Of a DNA stretch of 64,000 nucleotides, positions 20,508-29,881 are shown in pieces. The notes beneath the pieces were generated by a model. That model was not told the DNA's origin, did no database searches, and saw nothing but the letters and a program-made list of their open reading frames with translations. Source of the stretch: Thalassobaculaceae bacterium (GTDB lineage Bacteria > Pseudomonadota > Alphaproteobacteria > Thalassobaculales > Thalassobaculaceae); NCBI GenBank assembly GCA_965228875.1, contig OZ245843.1, positions 1,098,616 to 1,162,615 on the forward strand, written 5' to 3'. Position 1 is the stretch's first letter. Each line of letters opens with the position of its first letter. The position numbers and the translations under genes were made by a program.

Positions 20508-21368
20508 TCAGGCGACCTTCTTGCCGAACTCGCCGGCCAGGTCCTGGATGAACTGCCAGGCGACGCGGCCGGAGCGCGAGCCGCGGGTCACCGACCACTC
20601 GCGGGCCCGGGCGATCAGCTCGTCGCCGGTGACCGGGATGTCGTAGGCGGCGACATAGCCCTCGATCATGGCGAAGTAGGTGTCCTGGTCGCAGGTGTGG
20701 AAGCCGAGCCAGAGGCCGAACCGGTCCGACAGCGAGACCTTCTCCTCGACCGCTTCCGACGGGTTGATCGCCGTGGAGCGCTCGTTCTCGATCATGTCGC
20801 GGGCCATCAGGTGGCGCCGGTTCGAGGTGGCGTAGAACAGCACGTTGTCCGGCCGACCCTCGATGCCGCCGTCCAGCACCGCCTTCAGCGACTTGTAGGC
20901 GTTGTCCTGGTGGTCGAAGGACAGGTCGTCGCAGAACACGATGGCCCGGCGGTCGCCGTCGCGCAGTACGTTCAGCAGACGCGGCAGGGTTTCCATATCC
21001 TCGCGGTGCATCTCCACCAGCGCCAGCGCGCCGGGGGTCTCGGCGTTGATCTCGGCGTGGATCGCCTTGACCAGGGACGACTTGCCCATGCCGCGCGCGC
21101 CCCAGAGCAGAGCGTTGTTTGCCGGGAAGCCCTTGGCGAAGCGCTGGGTGTTCTCCAGCAGGGTCTTGCGCTGCAGCTCCACGCCCTTAAGCAGGTTCAT
21201 GTCGACCCGGTTGATCTTCTTGACCGGGTCGAGGCGGCCGTGCTCGGCGTTCCAGATGAAGCCGTCGGCGGCGCGGATGTCGCTCGGCGCCGGCGGCGGC
21301 GGGGCGAGACGGTCGAGCGCGTCGGCGATGCGGGTCAGCAGGGCATGGGTGTCGGCATCAAGGCTCAT
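20508..21368 (-). CDS. AAA+ ATP-binding protein, DUF815 family
   Basis: ANNALLWGARGMGKSS, FCDDLSF, YKSLK, TSNRRHL, EEKVSLSDRFGLW, RSGRVAWQF. Confidence 0.92.
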   Translation of the reverse strand: MSLDADTHALLTRIADALDRLAPPPPAPSDIRAADGFIWNAEHGRLDPVKKINRVDMNLLKGVELQRKTLLENTQRFAKGFPANNALLWGARGMGKSSLVKAIHAEINAETPGALALVEMHREDMETLPRLLNVLRDGDRRAIVFCDDLSFDHQDNAYKSLKAVLDGGIEGRPDNVLFYATSNRRHLMARDMIENERSTAINPSEAVEEKVSLSDRFGLWLGFHTCDQDTYFAMIEGYVAAYDIPVTGDELIARAREWSVTRGSRSGRVAWQFIQDLAGEFGKKVA

Positions 21369-21591
21369 CGATCACGGTCCGGGCAGTGTGGTTGCGTGTC
21401 GGGTGCCGTCAGTGGCGTGGACGACCCGATCATTCCGCCACGGCACGGGTCGGCACGGGGCCGCTCCGGAAGTGCCGCGGCGCGGAGGCGCGCGCATGAA
21501 GGCGGCGGAGTGTTACCGGTGCGCACCGCCGGGGTCAATGTCGCCTCTGCTTCCGTGTCCAACCGTCGACCGCCTCGGGCAGGGCGCGTCG

Positions 21592-21619
21592 TTGCAATTC
21601 ATGCTTCCGTCGGTATAGT
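21592..21619 (+). promoter_or_regulatory. Putative sigma70 promoter of yajC-secDF
   Basis: TTGCAA-N16-TATAGT about 70 bp upstream of yajC. Confidence 0.5.
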
Positions 21620-21688
21620 CCCGCCACTTCGCGCCCCCATATATGGCGGGATAAACGAGAGCGGACGCGATCCGCGGGAGACCTTCGC

Positions 21689-22165
21689 ATGCTGATTTCT
21701 ACGGCCTACGCGCAGACGGCTGGTGCCGGTGGCGGTGATTTCCTGATTCAGCTCGCGCCGCTGGTGCTGATCTTCGTCGTCTTCTACTTCCTCCTGATCC
21801 GCCCGCAGCAAAAGCGGATGAAGGAACACAAGGAGATGCTGGCCAACGTGCGGCGCGGCGACCGGATCGTCGGCAACGGCGGCCTGATCGGAACCGTGAC
21901 GAAGGTGAGCGATGACGACGACACGCTGACGGTCGAGATCGCCGATGGCGTCCGGGTGCAGATGGCGCGCGGCATGCTGGCGGAGGTTCGCGGCAAGGGC
22001 GAGCCGGTCAGCAAGCCGGCCAAGAAGAAGGCGTCCAAGGGCGACGCTGCCCAGGATAACTCGAAGCAGGACTCGGCGAAGCAGGACACGGCGAAGCAGG
22101 ATACGGCGAACGATCCGGGCGAGGACGCTGCTTCCGGCGACGAGGCGAAGTCGGAAAAGTCCTGA
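21689..22165 (+). CDS. yajC: Preprotein translocase subunit YajC
   Basis: FYFLLIRPQQKR, RRGDRIV..GGLIG, VEIADGV; extended charged tail. Confidence 0.95.
   Translation: MLISTAYAQTAGAGGGDFLIQLAPLVLIFVVFYFLLIRPQQKRMKEHKEMLANVRRGDRIVGNGGLIGTVTKVSDDDDTLTVEIADGVRVQMARGMLAEVRGKGEPVSKPAKKKASKGDAAQDNSKQDSAKQDTAKQDTANDPGEDAASGDEAKSEKS
22049..22108 (+). repeat. 15-bp in-frame tandem repeat (AQDNS KQDSA KQDTA KQDTA) in YajC tail
   Basis: aagcaggactcggcg aagcaggacacggcg aagcaggatacggcg plus one degenerate upstream unit. Confidence 0.8.
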
Positions 22166-22212
22166 TCCGCCGACCCGCCTCGACCTGACCGAGTTCCGCG
22201 GAGACCCCGCCC

Positions 22213-23751
22213 ATGATGCAGTTCGACACCTGGAAGACGATCCTCGTCGCGTTCGTCTGCCTCGCCGGGCTCGCCTACGCGGCGCCCAACCTGATGCCCA
22301 AGGGGATCGGCGACGATGTCCCGCTGGGCGTTCCCGGTAAACAGATCAGCCTCGGCCTCGATCTTCAGGGCGGCTCCTATCTGCTGCTCGGCGTCGAGGC
22401 GGATGTCGTGGTGCAGGAACGGCTGGAGGCCATCGTCGACGGCGCCCGGCGCAGCCTGCGCGAGGCGAAGATCGGCTATATCGGTCTCGGTGTGGAGGAC
22501 GGTGCGGCCGGCTTCACCCTGCGCGATCCGAACGATCTGACGCGCGCCCGGCAGATCGCGGCGGAGCTGGATGGCGACGCCACCGTGGGCGTCGACGGGA
22601 ACCGGGTCACCCTGAGTCTCGGCGAGGAGGCGGTCCGTCAGATCAAGATCAACGCGGTCCAGCAGTCGATCGAGATCGTGCGGCGCCGCGTCGACGAGAC
22701 CGGAACCCGCGAGCCGCTGATCCAGCGGCAGGGCGAGGACCGCATCCTGATTCAGCTTCCGGGGATCGACGACCCGCAGCGGATCAAGGAACTGATCGGC
22801 CAGACCGCAAAGCTCACCTTCCATCTGGTCTCCGTCGGCGCCGATCCGAACCGTGTCCCGCCGGGCAGCCGCGTGCTGCCGACCACCGAGGGCGGCGACA
22901 TCGTGATCCAGCGCCGGGTGATGGTCAGCGGCGAGAACCTCGTCGACGCGCAGCCGACCTTCCAGGACAACCAGCCGGTGGTGAACATCCGCTTCGACAG
23001 CGCCGGCGGCCAGCGTTTCGGTCGGGTCACCACGGAAAACGTCGGGCGGCCCTTCGCCATCGTCCTCGACGGTCAGTCGATCTCGGCTCCGGTGATCCGC
23101 GAGCCGATCCTCGGCGGTTCCGCCGTGATCAGCGGCCGGTTCTCCGTTCAGGAGGCGCAGGATCTGGCCCTGCTTCTGCGTGCCGGCGCGTTGCCGGCGC
23201 CGCTCACGGTGCTCGAGGAGCGTTCGGTCGGTCCCGGCCTCGGTGCCGATTCGATCGCCGCCGGCGAGATCGCCGCCGTCATCGGGCTGGTTCTGGTCGT
23301 CGGCTTCATGATCCTGACCTATGGCCTGTTCGGCGTGTTCGCCAATCTGGCGCTGTTCTTCAACATCGCGCTCATCGTCGGCGCACTCTCGGCCCTGCAG
23401 GCGACGCTGACCCTGCCGGGGATCGCGGGGATCGTGCTGACGATCGGCATGGCGGTCGACGCCAACGTGCTGATCTTCGAGCGGGTGCGCGAGGAGATCG
23501 ATGCCGGGCGCTCACCGATCAACGCGCTCGACGCCGGCTACAGCCGGGCCCTGACGACAATCATCGACAGTAACCTGACGACGCTGTTCGCCGCCGTGTT
23601 CCTGTTCGCCCTCGGCTCGGGGCCGGTGAAGGGCTTCGCGGTCACGCTGGGCGTCGGCATTCTCACCTCCATGTTCACCGCGATCATGGTGACCCGCCTG
23701 TTCGTCGCCCTGTGGGCCCGCCGTCGCCGACCGGCGACGCTGCCGATCTGA
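22213..23751 (+). CDS. secD: Protein translocase subunit SecD
   Basis: LGLDLQGG, LRAGALPAP, TLTLPGIAG, GMAVDANVLIFER. Confidence 0.97.
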   Translation: MMQFDTWKTILVAFVCLAGLAYAAPNLMPKGIGDDVPLGVPGKQISLGLDLQGGSYLLLGVEADVVVQERLEAIVDGARRSLREAKIGYIGLGVEDGAAGFTLRDPNDLTRARQIAAELDGDATVGVDGNRVTLSLGEEAVRQIKINAVQQSIEIVRRRVDETGTREPLIQRQGEDRILIQLPGIDDPQRIKELIGQTAKLTFHLVSVGADPNRVPPGSRVLPTTEGGDIVIQRRVMVSGENLVDAQPTFQDNQPVVNIRFDSAGGQRFGRVTTENVGRPFAIVLDGQSISAPVIREPILGGSAVISGRFSVQEAQDLALLLRAGALPAPLTVLEERSVGPGLGADSIAAGEIAAVIGLVLVVGFMILTYGLFGVFANLALFFNIALIVGALSALQATLTLPGIAGIVLTIGMAVDANVLIFERVREEIDAGRSPINALDAGYSRALTTIIDSNLTTLFAAVFLFALGSGPVKGFAVTLGVGILTSMFTAIMVTRLFVALWARRRRPATLPI

Positions 23752-23765
23752 GGGGGAGAGAGACC

Positions 23766-24722
23766 ATGAGACCGCTCCGCCTCGTTCCGCGCGAGACCGC
23801 CGTTCCCTTCGTGCGCTGGCACCTGATGGCCTTCGTGCTGTCGGCGCTGATCGTCGTTGGTTCGATCGGCTCCGTTCTGGGGGTCGGCCTGAACTTCGGC
23901 ATCGATTTCCGCGGCGGTACCCTGATCGAGGTGCAGACGCCGGAGCCGGCGAACATTTCCGAACTGCGCACGACACTGGGCGGGCTCGGGATCGGTGAGG
24001 TCAGCCTGCAGGAGTTCGGATCCGACCGCGACGTCCTGATCCGCATCCAGCGCCAGGAAGGGGCCGAAGAGGAACAGATCAAGGCCATCGAGATCGTCCG
24101 TAACGCCCTGCCGTCTGATGTCGAGTTCCGCCGCACCGAGTTCGTCGGTCCGACCGTCGGGCAGGAACTGATCGAGGCCGGTGCCATGGCCGTCGGCCTC
24201 GCGCTGCTGTCGATCCTCGTCTACATCTGGTTCCGCTTCGAGTGGCAGTTCGGCGTTGGCGCGATCGTCGCCCTGTCCCACGACATCATCTCCACCCTGG
24301 GCCTGTTCGCGCTCATCCAGCACGAGTTCAACCTGGCCACGGTGGCGGCCGTTCTGACCATTGCCGGGTATTCGATCAACGACACGGTGGTCGTCTATGA
24401 CCGCGTCCGCGAAAACCTTCGGCGCTACAAGACCATGCCGATGGCGGAGCTGTTCGAACTGTCGATCAACGGCACGCTGTCGCGCACGACGATGACGTCC
24501 GTGACCACGCTGCTGGCGCTGTTGGCGATCTACTTCTTCGGCGGGGCCGTGCTGGCCGACTTCGCGCTGGCCATGATCTGGGGCATCGTGATCGGTACCT
24601 ACTCGTCGATCTTCATCGCCGTGCCGCTGCTGCTCTACACCAACCTGCGCCGTGGCGACGACGACGATGTGGACGAGGCGCTGGTGCCGGAATACGAGCG
24701 GACCGGCAACAAGGAGAGCTAG
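23766..24722 (+). CDS. secF: Protein translocase subunit SecF
   Basis: GIDFRGG, VGPTVG, GYSINDTVVVYDRVRE, TLSRT, GTYSS; GGAG RBS before ATG 23766. Confidence 0.97.
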   Translation: MRPLRLVPRETAVPFVRWHLMAFVLSALIVVGSIGSVLGVGLNFGIDFRGGTLIEVQTPEPANISELRTTLGGLGIGEVSLQEFGSDRDVLIRIQRQEGAEEEQIKAIEIVRNALPSDVEFRRTEFVGPTVGQELIEAGAMAVGLALLSILVYIWFRFEWQFGVGAIVALSHDIISTLGLFALIQHEFNLATVAAVLTIAGYSINDTVVVYDRVRENLRRYKTMPMAELFELSINGTLSRTTMTSVTTLLALLAIYFFGGAVLADFALAMIWGIVIGTYSSIFIAVPLLLYTNLRRGDDDDVDEALVPEYERTGNKES

Positions 24723-24725
24723 GTC

Positions 24726-25115
24726 ATGGTCGACATCACGCCGATGGTTCCCCAAGGCGTGCAGGTCATCCATGGCTACGGCGACGGCCGGTTCCGGATC
24801 GGCGAGGCGAGCCACGTGGGACCCGTCCTCGTCCGTCCGGAGTTCACCCAGAGCTGGAACGTCGCACTCGATGTCGTGATCGCCGAGATGGATCTGAGCT
24901 CGCTGGCGCCGATCCTCGAGGCGGAAGAGACCTACGATATTCTGCTGATCGGGACGGGGACGCGCCAGGTCTTCCTGCCGCCCGCCCGGCGGGCCGAGAT
25001 TCGCCGGAAAGGGCCGGTCGTCGAGGCGATGGACACCGGCGCGGCCTGTCGCACCTTCAATCTCCTCCTGGCTGAGGGCCGTCGGGTGGCGGCGGCCCTG
25101 TTGCCGGTCGAGTGA
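24726..25115 (+). CDS. Mth938-like domain protein (NDUFAF3 homologue)
   Basis: LLIGTG, EAMDTGAACRTFNLLLAEGRRVAAAL. Confidence 0.92.
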   Translation: MVDITPMVPQGVQVIHGYGDGRFRIGEASHVGPVLVRPEFTQSWNVALDVVIAEMDLSSLAPILEAEETYDILLIGTGTRQVFLPPARRAEIRRKGPVVEAMDTGAACRTFNLLLAEGRRVAAALLPVE

Positions 25116-25329
25116 ACCGGCGGGAAGCCGACTGTTCACAACGACCGGACGCGCACGGCCTGTGGATCGCGGGGATAACTCCTAAACCCGGGTTTAATCA
25201 GTCCTCTGCGATCCCGCGCGCGCGGGACGGAAACAGGGGAGCATTCTGGACCAATGCGGCCTTCCGTCATCGGCGGAAGGCGCTAGCATGACCGACCGCC
25301 AGACGGGCGGCAGGACGAGGAATTCCGCT

Positions 25330-26523
25330 ATGAACGTCGATACCCGCAGCGCTCTGATCTCAACGGACGCGACGCCGGAGCACGGCGCGCGAGGCGAATG
25401 GGCCAAGCCGGCGACGGGCGTTCTGCCGTATCAGGATATCGAGCGGATGATCGCCGACGGGCATATCCGGACCAGCGTGCCGGTAGAGAACGGGCAGGTC
25501 CAGCCGGCCAGCCTCGACCTGCGGCTCGGGCCGAAGGCCTATCGGGTTCGGGCGAGCTTTCTTCCCGGACGCGATGGGACGGTCATGGAGAAGATCGACC
25601 TGCTCGACGGGCGACCGGACCTCGATCTGGCCAACGGCGCGGTCCTGGAGCGCGGTTGCGTCTACGTCATCGAACTGCTGGAGAGCTTGTCCCTGCCGCA
25701 CGACGTCGAGGCGCTGGCAAATCCGAAGAGTTCGACCGGCCGGCTGGACATCCTCACCCGGCTGATCACCGACGGCGGCACCGCCTTCGATCGGGTGGAG
25801 AGAGGCTACAAGGGCAAGCTGTTCGTGGAGGTCGTGCCGCTGTCGTTCAGCGTCGTCGTGCGTCAGGGCTCACGGCTGAACCAGCTGCGGTTCCAGCGGG
25901 GCGCCAGCGCCCTTTCGGCGAAGGAGGTGAGGGAGCGTCACGCCCTCGGCCATTTCGCCAGGGCCGCCGACGGCGGCGCGCTCATCGCCCCGCGCGACAC
26001 CCTGGTCCCGTTCTCGATCGATCTGCACGGCGCAGGCGACGGGGCGGTCGTCGGCTACAAGGCGCGCAAGAACGCGCGCAAGATCGATGTGGACCGGCCG
26101 CGCGCCTATCCGGCCGCGGAGTTCTGGGAGCCGCTGCACTGGGACGAAGGCCGCCTGATTCTGGAAAAGGACGAGTTCTACATCCTGGCCACCCGCGAGG
26201 AGGTGGCGGTGCCGCCCGACCTGGCGGCGGAGATGCTGCCCTTCGATTCCCAGTCGGGGGAGTTCCGTGTGCATTATGCCGGCTTCTTCGACCCGGGCTT
26301 CGGGTGGGTCGACGGCCGGGCGCAGGGCAGCCGCGCGGTGCTTGAGGTGCGCTCCTACGGCGTGCCCTTCTCGCTGGAGCATGGCCAGATCGTCGGCTGG
26401 CTCGACTACCGCAGGATTGCAAAGGGCCAGACGGACATGGTGTATGGCGAGACCATCCAGTCCAACTATCAGGGCCAGGGCATTGCGCTCGCCAAGCACT
26501 TCATTCCGGACGCTACCGGCTGA
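25330..26523 (+). CDS. dcd: dCTP deaminase (alphaproteobacterial DCD type)
   Basis: QPASLDLRLG, RVRASFLPG, ANPKSSTGRLD, FYIL, RVHYAGFFDPGFG, AVLEVR, SNYQ; alternative start 25288. Confidence 0.9.
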   Translation: MNVDTRSALISTDATPEHGARGEWAKPATGVLPYQDIERMIADGHIRTSVPVENGQVQPASLDLRLGPKAYRVRASFLPGRDGTVMEKIDLLDGRPDLDLANGAVLERGCVYVIELLESLSLPHDVEALANPKSSTGRLDILTRLITDGGTAFDRVERGYKGKLFVEVVPLSFSVVVRQGSRLNQLRFQRGASALSAKEVRERHALGHFARAADGGALIAPRDTLVPFSIDLHGAGDGAVVGYKARKNARKIDVDRPRAYPAAEFWEPLHWDEGRLILEKDEFYILATREEVAVPPDLAAEMLPFDSQSGEFRVHYAGFFDPGFGWVDGRAQGSRAVLEVRSYGVPFSLEHGQIVGWLDYRRIAKGQTDMVYGETIQSNYQGQGIALAKHFIPDATG

Positions 26524-26541
26524 CCGCAGCCGGCGGCCTTC

Positions 26542-27465
26542 TTGATCTCCCGGTCACGGGAAGCGCTCGCCGCCTGCGAGGCGGTGGCGGCGCGCAACGG
26601 CTCGACGCTGTTCCATGCGACGCGGGCACTGCCCCGGGACCGGCGCGACTTCTTCTCCGCCAGCTACGCCGCGATGCGGGTGATCGACGATGCCGTCGAC
26701 GAGGGGTTCCTGCCTCTGCCGGCCGCCGAGCGGAGGGGCCGCCGCGCCGCGATGCACGACGCCGTGGAGGCGTGGCGAGGCGAGACGGCCGACGGTGTTG
26801 CGACAGGGGCGCTGGATCCGCTGCTGGCCGAGGCTTTCGAGGCGGTCGTCCGGACGGCCGATCTGGGGCCGGGGCCGTGGAACGGCCTGGCCCGGGCGCT
26901 GCACGAGGACGTCGACGAGGCCGCCATGCCGGACTGGGCGGCCTTCGACCAATATGCCGAGGGTGCGACGGTCGCGCCGGCAGAGATCTTCATCTACCTG
27001 CTCGCCGCCGAGACGACGCGGGAGGGATTCCGCTACCGCCTGCGCCGACCGGCGGTCGACTATGCGCGCGACCTCGCGATCTTCTGCTATCTCGTTCACA
27101 TCCTGCGCGACCTCGCGAAGGACGCGGCCGTCGCCGGCCGTCTCGTGACGATCCCGGCAACGGTACTGGCGGATGCCGGCCTGGATCGCGATCGTCTCGG
27201 CGATGCCGTCGCCGAGAACCGGAAACCGGCGCTCGACGGACTGGCGGTCCCCATACTGGCCCGTGCCGAGGGCTTCCGGCTGCGCGGACGGGCGCGGATC
27301 GCGGAGCTGCTGCCGCAGCTCGGCGCCCGCGAACGCCTGGCCCTGGACGGTCTGGTCACCGTCTACGAGCGGCTGCATCGCCAGTTCCGCGACCGATATG
27401 CCGACCGCCTGGCGACTCTGCCGGACCTTGAAGGCGCCGCCCGCTCCGACATCTTCGGTCAATGA
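26542..27465 (+). CDS. Squalene/phytoene synthase family protein (HpnC/HpnD/CrtB-like)
   Basis: YAAMRVIDDAVD (DDxxD), second motif HILRDLAKD; TTG start uncertain. Confidence 0.75.
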   Translation: MISRSREALAACEAVAARNGSTLFHATRALPRDRRDFFSASYAAMRVIDDAVDEGFLPLPAAERRGRRAAMHDAVEAWRGETADGVATGALDPLLAEAFEAVVRTADLGPGPWNGLARALHEDVDEAAMPDWAAFDQYAEGATVAPAEIFIYLLAAETTREGFRYRLRRPAVDYARDLAIFCYLVHILRDLAKDAAVAGRLVTIPATVLADAGLDRDRLGDAVAENRKPALDGLAVPILARAEGFRLRGRARIAELLPQLGARERLALDGLVTVYERLHRQFRDRYADRLATLPDLEGAARSDIFGQ

Positions 27466-28310
27466 CCGATCCGATATTCAGCCATCAGGCCGCCTGCGCG
27501 GCGCTGGTCCGGCGCCACGACCGCGAGCGGTATCTCGTTTCGCTGTTCGCCGGGGCCGAAAAGCGCGACGGCCTGCTCGCCACCCTCGCCGCCAATCACG
27601 AGATCGCCAAGACCGCCGAGGTCGTGAGCGATCCGACCATCGGCCTGATCCGGCTGCAGTGGTGGCGCGAGGCGTTCGACGGCATCGAGGCGGGCGCCCC
27701 CAGGCAGCACGAGGTGATCCTGCCGTTGGCACGCGTCGCCGACACTCATCCGGAAGTTCTCGACCATCTGCGCCGGGTGGTCGACGCCCGCGAGGCCGAT
27801 CTGGCCGACGATCCCCCGGCCGATCTTGAGGCACTGGAGGGCTACGCGGGCGAGACCGGCGGCGAGGTGGTGGCAGCGATGGCCCGGGTCCTCGGCGCAG
27901 ATATCGACATGGCGCGCGATCTCGGGACCGCCTGGGCACTGATCGGCCTGGTCCGCGCCCTGCCTGTTCTGATCGCTGCTAGCCGAGCGCCGTTACCTGA
28001 GTCTTTGCTTAAGGAAAATAACGTAACCTTATCATACATAAAGGATATGCCGGCGTCGATCGACCTGTCCGGGCTTTGCCTTCCGATCATCGATCTTGGG
28101 ATGCGGCGCCTTGAGGCGGCGCTGAAGGCCGTCGCTCTGGCCCGACCCGAGGCGCGGCCGCTGCGGCTTCTGGCGGCTCGCACGGCGGATCTGGGAGCGG
28201 AACTGCTCCGCCATGGAGGCGATCCGCGGGCGGTGGCGCTTCCGCCCGCGCCGCCGGGCCTGATCTGGCGGCACGGTTTGCGGGCGGCCGTCTGGAGGCT
28301 GGGGTTCTGA
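27462..28310 (+). CDS. Degenerate squalene/phytoene synthase family protein (NDUFAF6-like)
   Basis: RRHDRERY, EVVSDPTIGLIRLQWWRE, LEGYA; lacks DDxxD. Confidence 0.85.
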   Translation: MTDPIFSHQAACAALVRRHDRERYLVSLFAGAEKRDGLLATLAANHEIAKTAEVVSDPTIGLIRLQWWREAFDGIEAGAPRQHEVILPLARVADTHPEVLDHLRRVVDAREADLADDPPADLEALEGYAGETGGEVVAAMARVLGADIDMARDLGTAWALIGLVRALPVLIAASRAPLPESLLKENNVTLSYIKDMPASIDLSGLCLPIIDLGMRRLEAALKAVALARPEARPLRLLAARTADLGAELLRHGGDPRAVALPPAPPGLIWRHGLRAAVWRLGF

Positions 28311-28323
28311 ACGGCGGGCGGAC

Positions 28324-29727
28324 CTACTCCGCCGCCGCCGCTTGCCCGAGCCAGGTGTCGAGATCGGCGAGCGCCCGCGCCGCAAGCGCCTTTCGCCGGT
28401 CGGTCCCCTTGAGCTTGTGGCGCTTGCCGTTTGCCGTGATCTGCTCCTCCGGCGGCGGAAACAGGCCGAAATTCACATTCATCGGCTGGAACGTGTCGGC
28501 GTTGGCGCCGCCCGTGATGTGGCCGAGCAGGGCGCCGAGGGCCGTGGTCGCCGGCGGTATGTCCGGCTGCCGCCCAAGGCGTTCGGCGGCGGCGAAACGT
28601 CCGGCCAGCAGTCCGATGGCCGAGCTTTCCACATACCCCTCGACCCCGGTGATCTGACCGGCGAAGCGCAGGCGGGGATCGGCCTTCAGCCGGAGCGCCC
28701 CGTCCAGCAGGCTGGGCGAATGAATGAAGGTGTTGCGGTGCAGGCCGCCGAGGCGGGCGAACTCGGCATTCTGCAGCCCCGGAATCATCCGGAAGATGCG
28801 GGTCTGTTCGCCGTAGCGCAGCTTGGTCTGGAAGCCGACGATGTTGAACAGGGTGCCGAGCGCGTTGTCGTGGCGCAGCTGGACGACCGCATGCGGACGC
28901 CGGCCGGTGCGCGGATCGGTCAGGCCGACCGGCTTCATCGGGCCGAACCGCAGCGTGTCGAGCCCGCGCGAGGCCATCACTTCGATCGGCATGCAGCCCT
29001 CGAAGTAGGGCGTGTTCGCCTCCCACTCCTTGAAGTCCATCTTGTCGCCGTCGAGCAGCGCCTGGACGAAGGCGGTGTACTGTTCCTCGTCCATCGGGCA
29101 ATTCACGTAGTCGGCTCCCGACCCGCCGGGCCCCGGCTTGTCGTAACGCGACTGGAACCAGGCCGTGTCGAAGTCGATGCTCTCGGCGTGGACGATCGGC
29201 GCGATGGCATCGAAGAACGCGAGACTGTCGGCACCGGTGAGATCGCGGATCGCCGCGGCCAGCGGGTCGGAGGTGAGGGGACCCGTCGCGACGACGACGC
29301 TGTCCCACTCGGCAGGCGGCAGGCCGGCGATCTCGCCGCGCTCGACCGAGATCAGCGGCTCGGCCTCGAGACGCTCCTGAACTGCAGCCGAGAACCCGAC
29401 CCGGTCGACGGCAAGAGCGGAGCCGGCCGGAACCTGATGGGTATCGGCGGCGGCCATGATGACCGAGTCGCAGCGGCGGAGCTCCTCGTGCAGCACGCCG
29501 ACGGCGTTGGCCTCATGATCGTCGGAGCGGAAGGAATTGGAGCAGACCAGTTCCGCCAGCTGGTCGGTCTGGTGAGCGGCGGTGCCACGGTCCGGCCGCA
29601 TCTCGTGCAGGACGGTCGGCACGCCGGCGCGCGCCAGCTGCCACGCGGCCTCGCTGCCGGCGAGACCGCCGCCGATGACGTGGACAGGGGCGGGGCGTGC
29701 GTCGGGAGTCGTTAACGGATTGGCCAT
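28324..29727 (-). CDS. trmFO: tRNA (uracil-5-)-methyltransferase TrmFO
   Basis: [59 protein letters not shown]. Confidence 0.97.
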   Translation of the reverse strand: MANPLTTPDARPAPVHVIGGGLAGSEAAWQLARAGVPTVLHEMRPDRGTAAHQTDQLAELVCSNSFRSDDHEANAVGVLHEELRRCDSVIMAAADTHQVPAGSALAVDRVGFSAAVQERLEAEPLISVERGEIAGLPPAEWDSVVVATGPLTSDPLAAAIRDLTGADSLAFFDAIAPIVHAESIDFDTAWFQSRYDKPGPGGSGADYVNCPMDEEQYTAFVQALLDGDKMDFKEWEANTPYFEGCMPIEVMASRGLDTLRFGPMKPVGLTDPRTGRRPHAVVQLRHDNALGTLFNIVGFQTKLRYGEQTRIFRMIPGLQNAEFARLGGLHRNTFIHSPSLLDGALRLKADPRLRFAGQITGVEGYVESSAIGLLAGRFAAAERLGRQPDIPPATTALGALLGHITGGANADTFQPMNVNFGLFPPPEEQITANGKRHKLKGTDRRKALAARALADLDTWLGQAAAAE

Positions 29728-29881
29728 GATTTCCTCGCAGTCTGGGCCGGACATAGCCCCGGCCCGCCGGCTCCGCAAGGTCGCGTTGCCTCGGCGATGC
29801 CGCGGTTTCGCCTAAAATCGAGGAGAGGTTTCCGGTAGGCTGTGCAAGGAACCGGCAAACCTGCGGCGTCCGGGAAGCGCC

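Noticed and set aside
25132..25200. Chromosomal replication origin
   Set aside because: Only a few degenerate DnaA-like boxes in about 210 bp, with no extended AT-rich unwinding element or origin-typical flanking genes.
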